32,000 bases of DNA, from assembly GCF_051097895.1 (NCBI RefSeq), contig NZ_CP142525.1, forward strand, positions 300,001-332,000. Reading direction: 5' to 3'. Within the stretch, counting starts at the first letter, position 1, and each line of letters opens with the position of its first letter. This stretch comes from Psychrobacter sp. HD31 (lineage in GTDB: Bacteria > Pseudomonadota > Gammaproteobacteria > Pseudomonadales > Moraxellaceae). This document shows positions 8,728-17,894 of the stretch, in pieces. A program made the translations under genes and the position numbers. The notes below the pieces were generated by a model, which made no database searches, had not been told where the DNA came from, and worked only from the letters and a program-made list of their open reading frames with translations.

Positions 8728-11700
8728 TTGAAATTACAAAAATTAAAAACAAATGCTCATATATCGGTGCTCTCAACTAAGAAAAGTTGTGTCAAGCATT
8801 TTGTGAGTCATGAAGTGCCTAATATTTCTCATATTGCAAAAATCAAAAAGTTATCTACTGCTATTTTTATTGCCCTCTCGTGCTATCCTGCTTTTGCGTT
8901 TGCAACAGAAACCCCAAAAAGTAATGAGGTGACTGATAACGAAGGTAGTAATTGGGTTGATTTATTAAATAAAGGTAAAAAAGTTAATGATAAAAAATTA
9001 ACTGAACTGTCTGATACTGAAGTACAGCAAGCGTTGGAAATTGTACGTTTAAAACAAGCGGTTGAGGCTGGGTTAATTTCTGAAGTTGCACTTGAAACCT
9101 ATGCACAGGATCTTGTACAAAAAAACTCAAATTTATTTAACCGAATTCATCAAAAAAATGAACTGAACAACAATAATACAGCAACCAGCTTTATTATAGG
9201 CAATGCAAAAGATGTATTGGCTGACCTTAATGGACAAAGTCAAAAATCAACCTATCAAATGCTAACAGAAAAAGAGTTGCAATCCCAATTAGATGAAACC
9301 AGTAGACAGGCAGAAAATAATGCACAATTTAATATGCCTGTTGCAAAGCTCGGGAGTACGACACAGCCAATAGGTTTAGATATTACCGCTGTGGATTCGA
9401 TAGTCGAGCCAGCGCAAACAAAACCTACAGCGAACCTAACGAATGCGCTTGAGCCTATTATTTTACCTACTGACCAATCACCGGTGTTATCAGAAGACAA
9501 TAATAGTTCAACCAATATCAGTTCAACTAATAATAGTGCTCCAACAAATAACTCATTCATCAATGACACTTTAAATAGCCTTGAAAGCAATCAAGATAAA
9601 GATGATGTAACGGAATCTTCGCAAAAAGGTAATTTATTTGAACAGGTATATGCAAACTTGTTTAATGATGGGCAATTGCCATTAGCACGTGTTAATTCTA
9701 ATATTTATATTCGTTCTGCTACCCAAGCTAACGGAGAAAAAGGCAAATTAATTACGGTTGATACCGACAAGCAACCGGCAAAAAATATTAAAGCTGCGAT
9801 AGATAACTTTCCTGTTGATATGGTAACCGACTTTATGGCGGCTTTGCCACTCATACGCACGGCTGCAAAAGATGCTGCTGAGGCGGTTGGTTACTATGAT
9901 GTCAAGATGAAGTTTACCCAACCAGATAGTAAGCAGATAGATGTGGTTATCGAATCACTGGGTGAACCTGTGGTTGTAGAAAACCGAGTCGTTAAAGTAG
10001 GTGGCGAAGGTGAAAACTTTGAACCTTACCAAAATGTCCGTGATAAAGCCCGCTTGCAGGTGGGTGATGTGTTTAATCATCATCAATATAAGCAAACAAA
10101 AGGTGCGATTGAGGCAGTGAGTAGCCAATATGGCTATTTTGATGGTGACTGGCTAGAAAGATCGGTTGATATTATCTTACCAGATAATGTTGCTGATATG
10201 AGTTTGGTGTATGAGTCTGGAAACCGTTATGCATTTGATGATATTGTGTTTTTTACCCGTGATAAAAAAACAGGAGAGTTAACCAGTGATCCTGATAAAT
10301 TACCAGTAAAAAAAGAGTTATTAGAGCAACTGGTCAGTTATCAAGTCAATGAAGGTTATGATAGCTCTAAAATTGTTGAACTAACAAATGACTTATTTGC
10401 TACTAGATATTTTGATGGTATCCATGTTGAAAGTATATTGCCAACAAAAAAATCAGCAAAAAATGCGGATGAATGGTTAGATTTTGAAGACTCTGCTGGT
10501 ACAGAGCCTAGTGAGCAGCCAGATGAGAATGCTTTACTTGACGAGGATACAACTGAAGAAGAAATAGCACCACTTGAATTTAGTATTGATGAAACCACCA
10601 CCCAAAAGCTGGAAGAAATTCAGGCAAAAGCGGACAGGCTTTATAATGCACCAGACGACGCCGTGCTAGATGAAATCCCTTATGAAACCAAAAGCATCCT
10701 TGGTAAGTTAAGTAATGCCATTAGCGATGTCGCTACTAAAATATTACCGGATGAGGTCAATCAACCATTACTAGAAACGGATGGCAAGGCAGAGCTGGCA
10801 GGTAAACAAACGCCAGAAGATGTTGAACAAAGCAAAAAAGTTCCAGTTTATGTTATGGTCACAGCAGATAAGCCGAGAGATGCCGAGTTTGGTGTGGGCT
10901 ATGGTACCGATACAGGGTTTCGGGTAAGGTCAAAATTTGACAATAATCTGCTTAATAGAGATGGGTATAAAGCAGGGGTTGAAGGTTTTTGGTCAAATGT
11001 TGAAAAGGGGGCAACTGCTTATGTCAGCAGACCTTGGAAACACCCGCTCAATGATACTTTAAATGGCAGTGTTAGTTATAAAGAAGAACAAATTGATCAA
11101 GGCAAGGGGAACTTTGATTTAACAACTCGCTCCTATCTTGGTAGCGTGTCTCGTAATATTATCTCTGATAATGGTTGGAATCGTAATTATTCACTCCGTT
11201 ATCGTCGAGACGATTTGCAAACGGGTGTTGAACAATCAGAATATGAAAATCTACCAGTTAGGTTTACTTCAGGCAACCCAAGACAAGAAGCCCTGTTATT
11301 AGGTTATGCACTCAACAAAACCGTGGCTGATAGTATTACTAACCCCAAAAAAGGTTGGAAGCAGCATTATTCGTTAGAAGTAGGTGCTGAAGGTGCATTA
11401 ACAGACACCAACTTAGTCATAGCAAAAGCGGGCACGAGTGGCATATACAGTTTTGGTGAAAGTGACAAACACCAAGTATTGGGTAAGTTAGATGCCGGCT
11501 ACTTGTGGTCAAACAACTTTACAGATGTACCTTATCAATTAAGGTTTTTTGCCGGTGGTGACCAAAGTATTAGGGGCTATGATTACAAGAGCCTATCGCC
11601 ACTTGAAAATGGCTACCTAACCGGTGGTGAAATTTTGGCAGTAGGTAGTGCAGAATATAACTATGAGTTTATTCCTGGTTTACGAGCTGCCATTTTTACT

Positions 11701-11871
11701 GACGTTGGTAATGCTTATGATAAAGACTTTACCACAGATACAAAAGTCGGCACTGGTTTAGGCATCCGCTGGGCATCGCCAATTGGACCAGTTAGATTAG
11801 ATGTTGCTGCTGGGGTAAGTGAAGAAAACAAACCGATTCGCTTACACTTTTTTATAGGCTCACCACTATGA
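8728..11871 (+). CDS. tamA: Translocation and assembly module outer-membrane subunit TamA (Omp85 family), greatly extended
   Basis: C-terminal Omp85 barrel (FGVGYGTDTGFRVRSKF, RFFAGGDQSIRGYDY, GIRWASPIGPVRLDVA, terminal HFFIGSPL), POTRA-like region upstream, and position immediately before tamB. Signal peptide KKLSTAIFIALSCYPAFAFA|TE. The ORF-track start is TTG 8728; in-frame GTGs at 8803 and 8815 fit the signal peptide better. Confidence 0.85.
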   Translation: MKLQKLKTNAHISVLSTKKSCVKHFVSHEVPNISHIAKIKKLSTAIFIALSCYPAFAFATETPKSNEVTDNEGSNWVDLLNKGKKVNDKKLTELSDTEVQQALEIVRLKQAVEAGLISEVALETYAQDLVQKNSNLFNRIHQKNELNNNNTATSFIIGNAKDVLADLNGQSQKSTYQMLTEKELQSQLDETSRQAENNAQFNMPVAKLGSTTQPIGLDITAVDSIVEPAQTKPTANLTNALEPIILPTDQSPVLSEDNNSSTNISSTNNSAPTNNSFINDTLNSLESNQDKDDVTESSQKGNLFEQVYANLFNDGQLPLARVNSNIYIRSATQANGEKGKLITVDTDKQPAKNIKAAIDNFPVDMVTDFMAALPLIRTAAKDAAEAVGYYDVKMKFTQPDSKQIDVVIESLGEPVVVENRVVKVGGEGENFEPYQNVRDKARLQVGDVFNHHQYKQTKGAIEAVSSQYGYFDGDWLERSVDIILPDNVADMSLVYESGNRYAFDDIVFFTRDKKTGELTSDPDKLPVKKELLEQLVSYQVNEGYDSSKIVELTNDLFATRYFDGIHVESILPTKKSAKNADEWLDFEDSAGTEPSEQPDENALLDEDTTEEEIAPLEFSIDETTTQKLEEIQAKADRLYNAPDDAVLDEIPYETKSILGKLSNAISDVATKILPDEVNQPLLETDGKAELAGKQTPEDVEQSKKVPVYVMVTADKPRDAEFGVGYGTDTGFRVRSKFDNNLLNRDGYKAGVEGFWSNVEKGATAYVSRPWKHPLNDTLNGSVSYKEEQIDQGKGNFDLTTRSYLGSVSRNIISDNGWNRNYSLRYRRDDLQTGVEQSEYENLPVRFTSGNPRQEALLLGYALNKTVADSITNPKKGWKQHYSLEVGAEGALTDTNLVIAKAGTSGIYSFGESDKHQVLGKLDAGYLWSNNFTDVPYQLRFFAGGDQSIRGYDYKSLSPLENGYLTGGEILAVGSAEYNYEFIPGLRAAIFTDVGNAYDKDFTTDTKVGTGLGIRWASPIGPVRLDVAAGVSEENKPIRLHFFIGSPL

Positions 11872-11921
11872 TGATATAAATAAGTAATAAATGGTGATTT
11901 AATCTGAGCATGATATTGTTT

Positions 11922-11953
11922 AAATAAAGCGATTTGTTTAAATCGCTTTATTT
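11922..11953 (+). terminator. Perfect 14-bp inverted repeat between tamA and tamB (possible attenuator or weak terminator)
   Basis: aaataaagcgattt (11922-11935), loop gttt, aaatcgctttattt (11940-11953). AT-rich stem with only a short T tract after it, so a stem-loop function is inferred, not shown. Confidence 0.4.
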
Positions 11954-12001
11954 GATTAAAATGGTTTAACTATTAAAATTTAAAAAAGATTTGTTGTTAC
12001 T

Positions 12002-15000
12002 ATGGCTGAAAACACTCCTGAGCCAAATTCTAACCAAACTCCTGCCGAGCGCGATGCAAAAGCATTAAAGCGCCATTATCCTTTATCATTTTTATTGAAG
12101 CTATTAGCATTTGTTTTATTGTTAATGCTATTAATGTTTGTCATTTTTTATATTGCAATTGGTACAGATAGAGGCACAGAGTTTTTTTTAGATAAGATTG
12201 CACAAGAAACTGGGCTAGAAATTAACTATGGTAAAGGTAACCTACGTGATGGCATCTGGATAACAGACCTACTCATTCCAAAGGATGATATGGTAACAGA
12301 GGTCGATAAGGCTTATGTCAAAATTGGTTGGCGTGCGTTGTTTGTTGGCGAGTTACACCTAAGCGATGCAGATATTAATCATATAAAAATTGTTAATTCA
12401 AAGTTGCCAGATGGCAAGCCATACGACTATAAAACTTTACAACTGCCAGTTAATATGCGTTTAGATAAGGCTAAAATTGGCAAGATTAGTTATACCCAGC
12501 CTAAACGAAGTGAGTTTGTATTATCAGATATTGATGCTAAAAACTTAACATGGATTGGTCCCAAAATAACAGTTGGTCGTGCTAATGTTGTTTATGGTAA
12601 TGACCTCAATATTAGTCAGGTAAAAGGTGATATAAGTTTAGAGGGTGATTATCCGCTTAATGTTACCGCTGTTGCCTCGGCAGAGTTTCTTAAAAAAGCT
12701 TATATTGACGATTTGCAAATTGACGCGAAGGGGAGTTTAAAACGCACGTTTGGTAAAGTTAAAAGTCGTTATAACGACCATAAAGTGGATGGCGAGTTTC
12801 ATATTCAGTCACTGGATTCTAATGCACCCTTTGAAGCAAAACTTGTGTGGGATAAAGTAATGCTACCTTATTTTACCTCACAAGAAGTTGGCTTAAGTTC
12901 TGGGATTGCCAATTTTTCTGGGATAACGTCTGATATTGAGATGAGAGTGAACACTGATGTTTCTTCAAATACTAGCTTGATACCAGATGGTCATTATCAA
13001 GGTAGAGCACGGATTAAACCATCGAGTGAGCTTGATATTGAATACTTAGCTGTGGATACACCAAATGGTGAGTTAAACGCAACGGGTCTGCTGGATTGGG
13101 AAGGTCCTTTTAAATCAGAGCTTGTTTTTTCTTCACAAGACTATAACCTTAAAAAACTGATTCCAAACGATTATGCCAATTATCAAGGTTATTTACCGGA
13201 TCAACTAAAAGGTGAATTAGCTTTTAACTTTGATACCAAAAATTTACAAGATCAACCTCAATACGACTTTTTATTAAAACAAGATGATGGTGAATTAGTA
13301 GATGTTCAGGTTGCCCGTGGTAAACCAAATAGACGGCAACCAACAACGCCTTGGTATGTAAAAGCAAATTGGAAAAACTATTATCGTAAAAATGCACCAG
13401 ATGGACTGGGTGTGGTTGACAGTGCCTCTGGTGTCGCAAATGTTGTGGTGCAAGGTAGCCGTATCAGCATAGACACGCAAGCCAATATTAATAAGTTAAG
13501 TTTTGCACCCATTGGTGATTATGACACCAAGCTTATTATAAAAAACAATAAAGTATGGGTGAATGACCTTAATTATAAGGGTCAAGTCGGTGATTTAAAA
13601 GGTAAAGGGCATGTCTTATTAGCCACTAAAAAACGTCCTCTAAGTTGGCAGTTTGATGTTAACACCAATGAATTTTTGTTAAAAACTTATCAAGATAGTG
13701 TGCCAATTGAGCGTATTAGCGGTCACGTTTTGGCGAGTGGTAAATTAGAAAACATAACGGCAAATAACAATAAAAAAGTTAAAACTGTGCAAAAACACAC
13801 GGTTGAGTTTAAAGATGCTGACTTAACTGCTTGGTTTGATGACAGCTTGGATAAACGAAAAATTCAAGCTAATGGTGCGCAAGGAACGGCAGCTGTATGG
13901 ATGGCAAATGATGGGTTAGATAAGTTTGATGTCCAAGCCAATGCAAAAGTTGAAACCAGCGGCTTGCCAAAAGGAAGCTGGCAAGTGGATGTTGCTGGCA
14001 CACCAAAATCGATGCAATTTGACAAGCTTGCCTATACAGGTGATGCTGGTACTTTTTCTGCAACGGGTAAGCTCGATAATGACCAAAAACTGGCTTGGGA
14101 TATTAACGCAAATTTAGCTAAATTTGATTTAAGTACGTTATCGGCTGATAATCCTGCTGTTATTACCGGTAAATTAAACACGCAAGGGGTGTGGGACTCT
14201 GTCAATAATCATGGCGGTTCAGGTTCGCTGGCTAATTTGGCTTTAAATTTTGATGGTAATGTCGAACACCCTAACTTACCCGCTGGCAGGTTGCAGGTAG
14301 ATGGTTTTACCAAAAACAACGTTTTGTTTATCAATCAATTAAAGCACAGTGGTGATGCCGGTATTTTAAATGCCAAAGGTAAAGTGAACCTGAAGGATGG
14401 GTATCAATGGCAAATTACCGGAGATATGGATAAGTTTAATTTAGGTTACTTTAGTAAGTCTTATCCTGCCATTGTGTCTGGAAAAATAGATACAACCGGT
14501 ATCTTGCATACAAAAGATACCCAAGCTAAAACTCAATCAATCTTTAGTCAGATCGGAGACTTTACGCTTAATTTTGCAGGCAACTTATTGTCTCAATCAC
14601 CTACCAATCAATCACCTAGCAATAAAGTGCCATCTGGTCAGTTAGTGGTGAATGCTTCGGGTAATGCAAAAAAATTAATTATTGATCGCTTGTTCCATCA
14701 GGGGGAAGCTGGGTTAATTAATGCTAAAGGGCAACTGGGACTGGCAAATGGTTATCAATGGCAATTAAACTCTGATATGAAAGATTTTAATCTAGGTTAT
14801 TTTGTTGCTGATATGCCAAGTAAATTATCCGGTAATATACAAACCACAGGTAGCTGGTCAGATAAGTTACAAGTTTTAAATATCCAGAATATAGATATCA
14901 CTGGGCAATTAAAGAATAAGCCATTAGTGGCAAAAGGTGGTTTAGATGCAAGGTTAAGATTACCAAAAAACATACAAGCATATATGCAAAGTTTGCGTGG

Positions 15001-17332
15001 TAATAAGCTGCAAAATCAATACCAACAGGTGCAAACTTTAGTAGAAAAGTTGGATGCTCAAAACTTGAATATCCATTGGGGTGATAATCATATTACTGCC
15101 AATGGAGATAAAAACAATCTACAAACACGTGTTGATATTGAAAACCTTGTACAAATATCAGACAAGTTAAATGGTGATATTGCTGGTGGGTTGACGATTA
15201 TTCAAAAAGATAAGCAAGCGTTACCAACCATTTTGGTTGATATGGTTGCAAGTCGTGTCGCATTACCAAACCTATTGTTAGCAAAAGGGCATATCAAAGG
15301 TAAATTAGAAAACTTTGGTAACAGTAATAGCCAACTTGTTTTGACTGCAAGTGACCTAGAATATGGTAATAAAAAGTTTGACAATATAAATGCTGTTTAT
15401 AGTGGAGAAATGTCCAATCATACGGTTAATTTTGCTGTAACTAATCCAAAAGTAACCGTTTCTGGCGTTTTAAAAGGGGCATATGACAATCAAACGATGC
15501 AATGGGCTGGCGTGCTGGGCAATGGTAAAACCATTAGCAAGTATACAACCCTTGTACAACAGCAGCCTGCAGAGCTTAAGCTAAATTTACAGAATCCAAA
15601 AGTTGACGTTGCCGCGCATTGTTGGCGAGCCGATAAATTTGATGGCAAACTTTGCTTACGTGAAGATATGATGGCATCGTCCACTAAAGGTAAAGTAAAC
15701 CTTGCTATCCAAAAAATTGATACAGGTATTTTATCGATTGTGTTACCCAAAGAAATGTCTTGGGAGTCGACGGTTAGTGGTAATGCTAATGTTGATTGGC
15801 ACAAAGGAGGCAACCCAAACGTAGATGCCATTTTATATTCTGATAATGGGCGCATTGGGCTGGTTCAAGAAGAAGATAACACCACTTTAACCGTCCCTTA
15901 TGAACGTGTTTCTTTAATTGCTAAAACCCAACCTGATGGATTGCGTATTCGTACAAATATTAAAAGTGGTGGAAGAGCAACTGGCTATGCGGATGTTGTC
16001 ATTGATCCATATAAAGCTGCCAAACCTATCTCTGGTAAGCTGGTACTAAATCAACTAAATCTTGCAATCTTTAAACCTTTTTTTCCAGGTATACGTACTT
16101 TAAAAGGCAATGCCAGCTTGGTTGGTGATTTAAATGGCTCGCTAAGTAAGCCTCTATTTAATGGTGATTTTAAACTAGAAAATGGTCAAATTTCTATTCT
16201 TGGGTTGCCAATTAACTTAACAAAAGTGAATGCCAATGCAAAAATAGAGGGCGCGCAAGCTAATTTAACGGGGCGTTTTAATAGTGGCGAGGGTGTTGGA
16301 AAAATTGGCGGTACGATAGATTGGCAATCAGATCTACAGGCTAAATTAAATCTGTCTGGCGAAAACTTATATGTCACACAACCACCACTGTTGACGGCAA
16401 AAATTAATCCAGATATAGAAATCATTGTTAAGCCGTTACAAAAAATTCTGGATGTTGAAGGTATTGTGACCGTGCCAACTGCCACCATCAGACCGCCAGA
16501 AACCACTAAAAACATTGTTACTAAAACGCCAGATGCTGTGGTACTTGACCGCCGTATTATTGGTAACCTGAATGAAGTACTTGCCACTTCAATACCTTGG
16601 CTAATTAATGCAAATGTTGGCATAGACCTTGGTAAAGACGTTAACTTTAAAGGTTTTGGTGCAGAACTTCCATTAACAGGGGCATTGGTGGTGTCTCAAA
16701 AAGATCAAGAACCAATGCGTGCCAAAGGTGCGGTTAAAGTAGCGCGCCGTACAAAAGTTGATGTGTTTGGTCAGAGTCTTGGACTCAATTTTGCACAGTT
16801 TAAATTTAATGGCTATTTGCAAGAGCCTTTGGTAAGTATTGAAGCAGCAAATGAAATTGAAGGTAGGACAGTTGGCTTACGGGCAAAAGGTAAATTATCA
16901 AGCCCTGATATTACGGTATTTAATAATGCAGGACTAACTGAGCAACAAGCGATGAATGCCTTGGTAACAGGTAGGATATCTAACCAAGCAGCAACGCAAA
17001 TTAACGAAGAGGGCTTTCGCTCTGAAGTGACTAACAATATTACAGCAGCTGGTTTAAGTGTTGGATTAAGTGGCACACGTAATATCACCAATCAAATTGG
17101 TAGGGCAGTGGGGTTACAGAGTTTAACCTTAAGTGCCTCGGGCAATGGTGATGACACTAATATCAATGTTACCGGGTACATAACCCCAGATTTATATTTG
17201 CGTTATGGTATTGGTGTGTTTAGTGCACAAAGCATATTGTCGGCACGTTATCAATTAACTCGCCGTGTGTATGTTGAGGCAACCTCCTCGGTAGAAAACT
17301 TTGTTGATGTGGTCTATAGTTGGAGCTTTTAG
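12002..17332 (+). CDS. tamB: Translocation and assembly module inner-membrane subunit TamB (DUF490 family)
   Basis: 1776 aa. N-terminal membrane anchor (LLKLLAFVLLLMLLMFVIFYIAIG), long beta-rich body, and a DUF490-type C-terminus (YITPDLYLRYGIGVFSAQSILSARYQLTRRVYVEATSS...YSWSF). Lies adjacent to tamA. Confidence 0.9.
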   Translation: MAENTPEPNSNQTPAERDAKALKRHYPLSFLLKLLAFVLLLMLLMFVIFYIAIGTDRGTEFFLDKIAQETGLEINYGKGNLRDGIWITDLLIPKDDMVTEVDKAYVKIGWRALFVGELHLSDADINHIKIVNSKLPDGKPYDYKTLQLPVNMRLDKAKIGKISYTQPKRSEFVLSDIDAKNLTWIGPKITVGRANVVYGNDLNISQVKGDISLEGDYPLNVTAVASAEFLKKAYIDDLQIDAKGSLKRTFGKVKSRYNDHKVDGEFHIQSLDSNAPFEAKLVWDKVMLPYFTSQEVGLSSGIANFSGITSDIEMRVNTDVSSNTSLIPDGHYQGRARIKPSSELDIEYLAVDTPNGELNATGLLDWEGPFKSELVFSSQDYNLKKLIPNDYANYQGYLPDQLKGELAFNFDTKNLQDQPQYDFLLKQDDGELVDVQVARGKPNRRQPTTPWYVKANWKNYYRKNAPDGLGVVDSASGVANVVVQGSRISIDTQANINKLSFAPIGDYDTKLIIKNNKVWVNDLNYKGQVGDLKGKGHVLLATKKRPLSWQFDVNTNEFLLKTYQDSVPIERISGHVLASGKLENITANNNKKVKTVQKHTVEFKDADLTAWFDDSLDKRKIQANGAQGTAAVWMANDGLDKFDVQANAKVETSGLPKGSWQVDVAGTPKSMQFDKLAYTGDAGTFSATGKLDNDQKLAWDINANLAKFDLSTLSADNPAVITGKLNTQGVWDSVNNHGGSGSLANLALNFDGNVEHPNLPAGRLQVDGFTKNNVLFINQLKHSGDAGILNAKGKVNLKDGYQWQITGDMDKFNLGYFSKSYPAIVSGKIDTTGILHTKDTQAKTQSIFSQIGDFTLNFAGNLLSQSPTNQSPSNKVPSGQLVVNASGNAKKLIIDRLFHQGEAGLINAKGQLGLANGYQWQLNSDMKDFNLGYFVADMPSKLSGNIQTTGSWSDKLQVLNIQNIDITGQLKNKPLVAKGGLDARLRLPKNIQAYMQSLRGNKLQNQYQQVQTLVEKLDAQNLNIHWGDNHITANGDKNNLQTRVDIENLVQISDKLNGDIAGGLTIIQKDKQALPTILVDMVASRVALPNLLLAKGHIKGKLENFGNSNSQLVLTASDLEYGNKKFDNINAVYSGEMSNHTVNFAVTNPKVTVSGVLKGAYDNQTMQWAGVLGNGKTISKYTTLVQQQPAELKLNLQNPKVDVAAHCWRADKFDGKLCLREDMMASSTKGKVNLAIQKIDTGILSIVLPKEMSWESTVSGNANVDWHKGGNPNVDAILYSDNGRIGLVQEEDNTTLTVPYERVSLIAKTQPDGLRIRTNIKSGGRATGYADVVIDPYKAAKPISGKLVLNQLNLAIFKPFFPGIRTLKGNASLVGDLNGSLSKPLFNGDFKLENGQISILGLPINLTKVNANAKIEGAQANLTGRFNSGEGVGKIGGTIDWQSDLQAKLNLSGENLYVTQPPLLTAKINPDIEIIVKPLQKILDVEGIVTVPTATIRPPETTKNIVTKTPDAVVLDRRIIGNLNEVLATSIPWLINANVGIDLGKDVNFKGFGAELPLTGALVVSQKDQEPMRAKGAVKVARRTKVDVFGQSLGLNFAQFKFNGYLQEPLVSIEAANEIEGRTVGLRAKGKLSSPDITVFNNAGLTEQQAMNALVTGRISNQAATQINEEGFRSEVTNNITAAGLSVGLSGTRNITNQIGRAVGLQSLTLSASGNGDDTNINVTGYITPDLYLRYGIGVFSAQSILSARYQLTRRVYVEATSSVENFVDVVYSWSF
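14018..14863 (+). repeat. Three tandem ~105-118-aa protein-level repeats inside tamB
   Basis: Repeat cores are YTGDAGTFSATGKL..WDINANLAKFDLSTL..PAVITGKLNTQG, HSGDAGILNAKGKV..GYQWQITGDMDKFNLGYF..PAIVSGKIDTTG and HQGEAGLINAKGQL..GYQWQLNSDMKDFNLGYF..PSKLSGNIQTTG. Copies 2 and 3 are about 55% identical over the ~52-aa core by hand count. Confidence 0.75.
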
Positions 17333-17410
17333 CAACCCGATTTTTTAATAATTAGCTAGGGCAGTGCAACATAGATAATAGATATAAGCGCCATTGCCTT
17401 TTAATGATAT

Positions 17411-17458
17411 AAAAAAAAGAGCAACCCGCAGTAGTTTGCCAAGTTGCTCTTTTTTTTA
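17411..17458. terminator. Bidirectional intrinsic terminator between convergent tamB and hemP
   Basis: A8 run, stem agagcaac (17418-17425) / gttgctct (17443-17450), then a T7-8 run. The loop is long (17 nt), so the stem is modest. Confidence 0.55.
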
Positions 17459-17474
17459 TTGTTTATTGTTATTA

Positions 17475-17639
17475 TTATTTTGTAAGAATAAGTTTGTTAT
17501 TACGGGTTAAACGTAAACGATATTCTTCACCTTCATGCTCAATACGTACTTCTTTAGTCATCGCAAATAAATGGTTAGACTGTAAAGTTGGCAAACGTGG
17601 TGTGCGGTTAGAAAAGTAGTTAGCGATTGACATTGTCAT
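17475..17639 (-). CDS. hemP: HemP/HmuP-family small hemin-uptake protein (54 aa, not in the supplied ORF track)
   Basis: Hand translation gives MTMSIANYFSNRTPRLPTLQSNHLFAMTKEVRIEHEGEEYRLRLTRNNKLILTK*. The C-terminus matches the HemP signature (I.H.G..Y.LR.T..GKLILTK, recalled from Yersinia HemP). SD aggag lies 6-10 nt upstream (complement of 17646-17650) and Fur boxes sit in the promoter. Confidence 0.7.
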   Translation of the reverse strand: MTMSIANYFSNRTPRLPTLQSNHLFAMTKEVRIEHEGEEYRLRLTRNNKLILTK

Positions 17640-17735
17640 TTTTGGCTCCTTGCTAGTAAAGCATAGCTATGTTTATGTGTTAGTTTATTACCCAGTTAGC
17701 AAGTTAAAAATGAAAATTTGCTTTAACTGCTTAAC

Positions 17736-17791
17736 TGATAGATATTATCATTTAAATTAAAAAATAAATCAATAGATGAGAATCAATATCA
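17736..17791 (-). promoter_or_regulatory. Putative Fur-regulated promoter of hemP (two Fur boxes, -35/-10)
   Basis: tgatagatattatca (17736-17750) and tgagaatcaatatca (17777-17791) each match 12/14 of the 7-1-7 Fur consensus TGATAATnATTATCA. On the minus strand, TTGATT (17767-17772), a 17-nt spacer and GATAAT (17744-17749) form the promoter, and the -10 lies inside Fur box 1. Confidence 0.55.
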
Positions 17792-17894
17792 TTTACTATT
17801 TATGTAACCTTTTGTAACAAGCAGGGGTTTTTACTTCTGAAATGTTTCTATGGCAAGGTTTTTATAAATAAATAGCGTAATACGAGTATAAAAA

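Noticed and set aside
4130-16623. Track ORFs nested in the hydrolase, lipoprotein, MFS, tamA and tamB genes (for example 4130-4324, 5849-6079, 6769-6987, 7806-8051, 9255-9590, 10356-10601, 13224-13480, 13869-14117, 15202-15855, 16186-16623, 16813-17091).
   Set aside because: All overlap longer ORFs that carry family motifs. They are typical alternative-frame shadows, and none has a convincing ribosome-binding site.
17475-17639. On a first pass hemP appeared to carry a 1-nt frameshift that would truncate it before the LRLTRNNKLILTK signature (possible pseudogene).
   Set aside because: This was my own transcription error. Re-reading lines 17461-17521 codon by codon gives an intact 165-nt ORF (54 aa plus stop).
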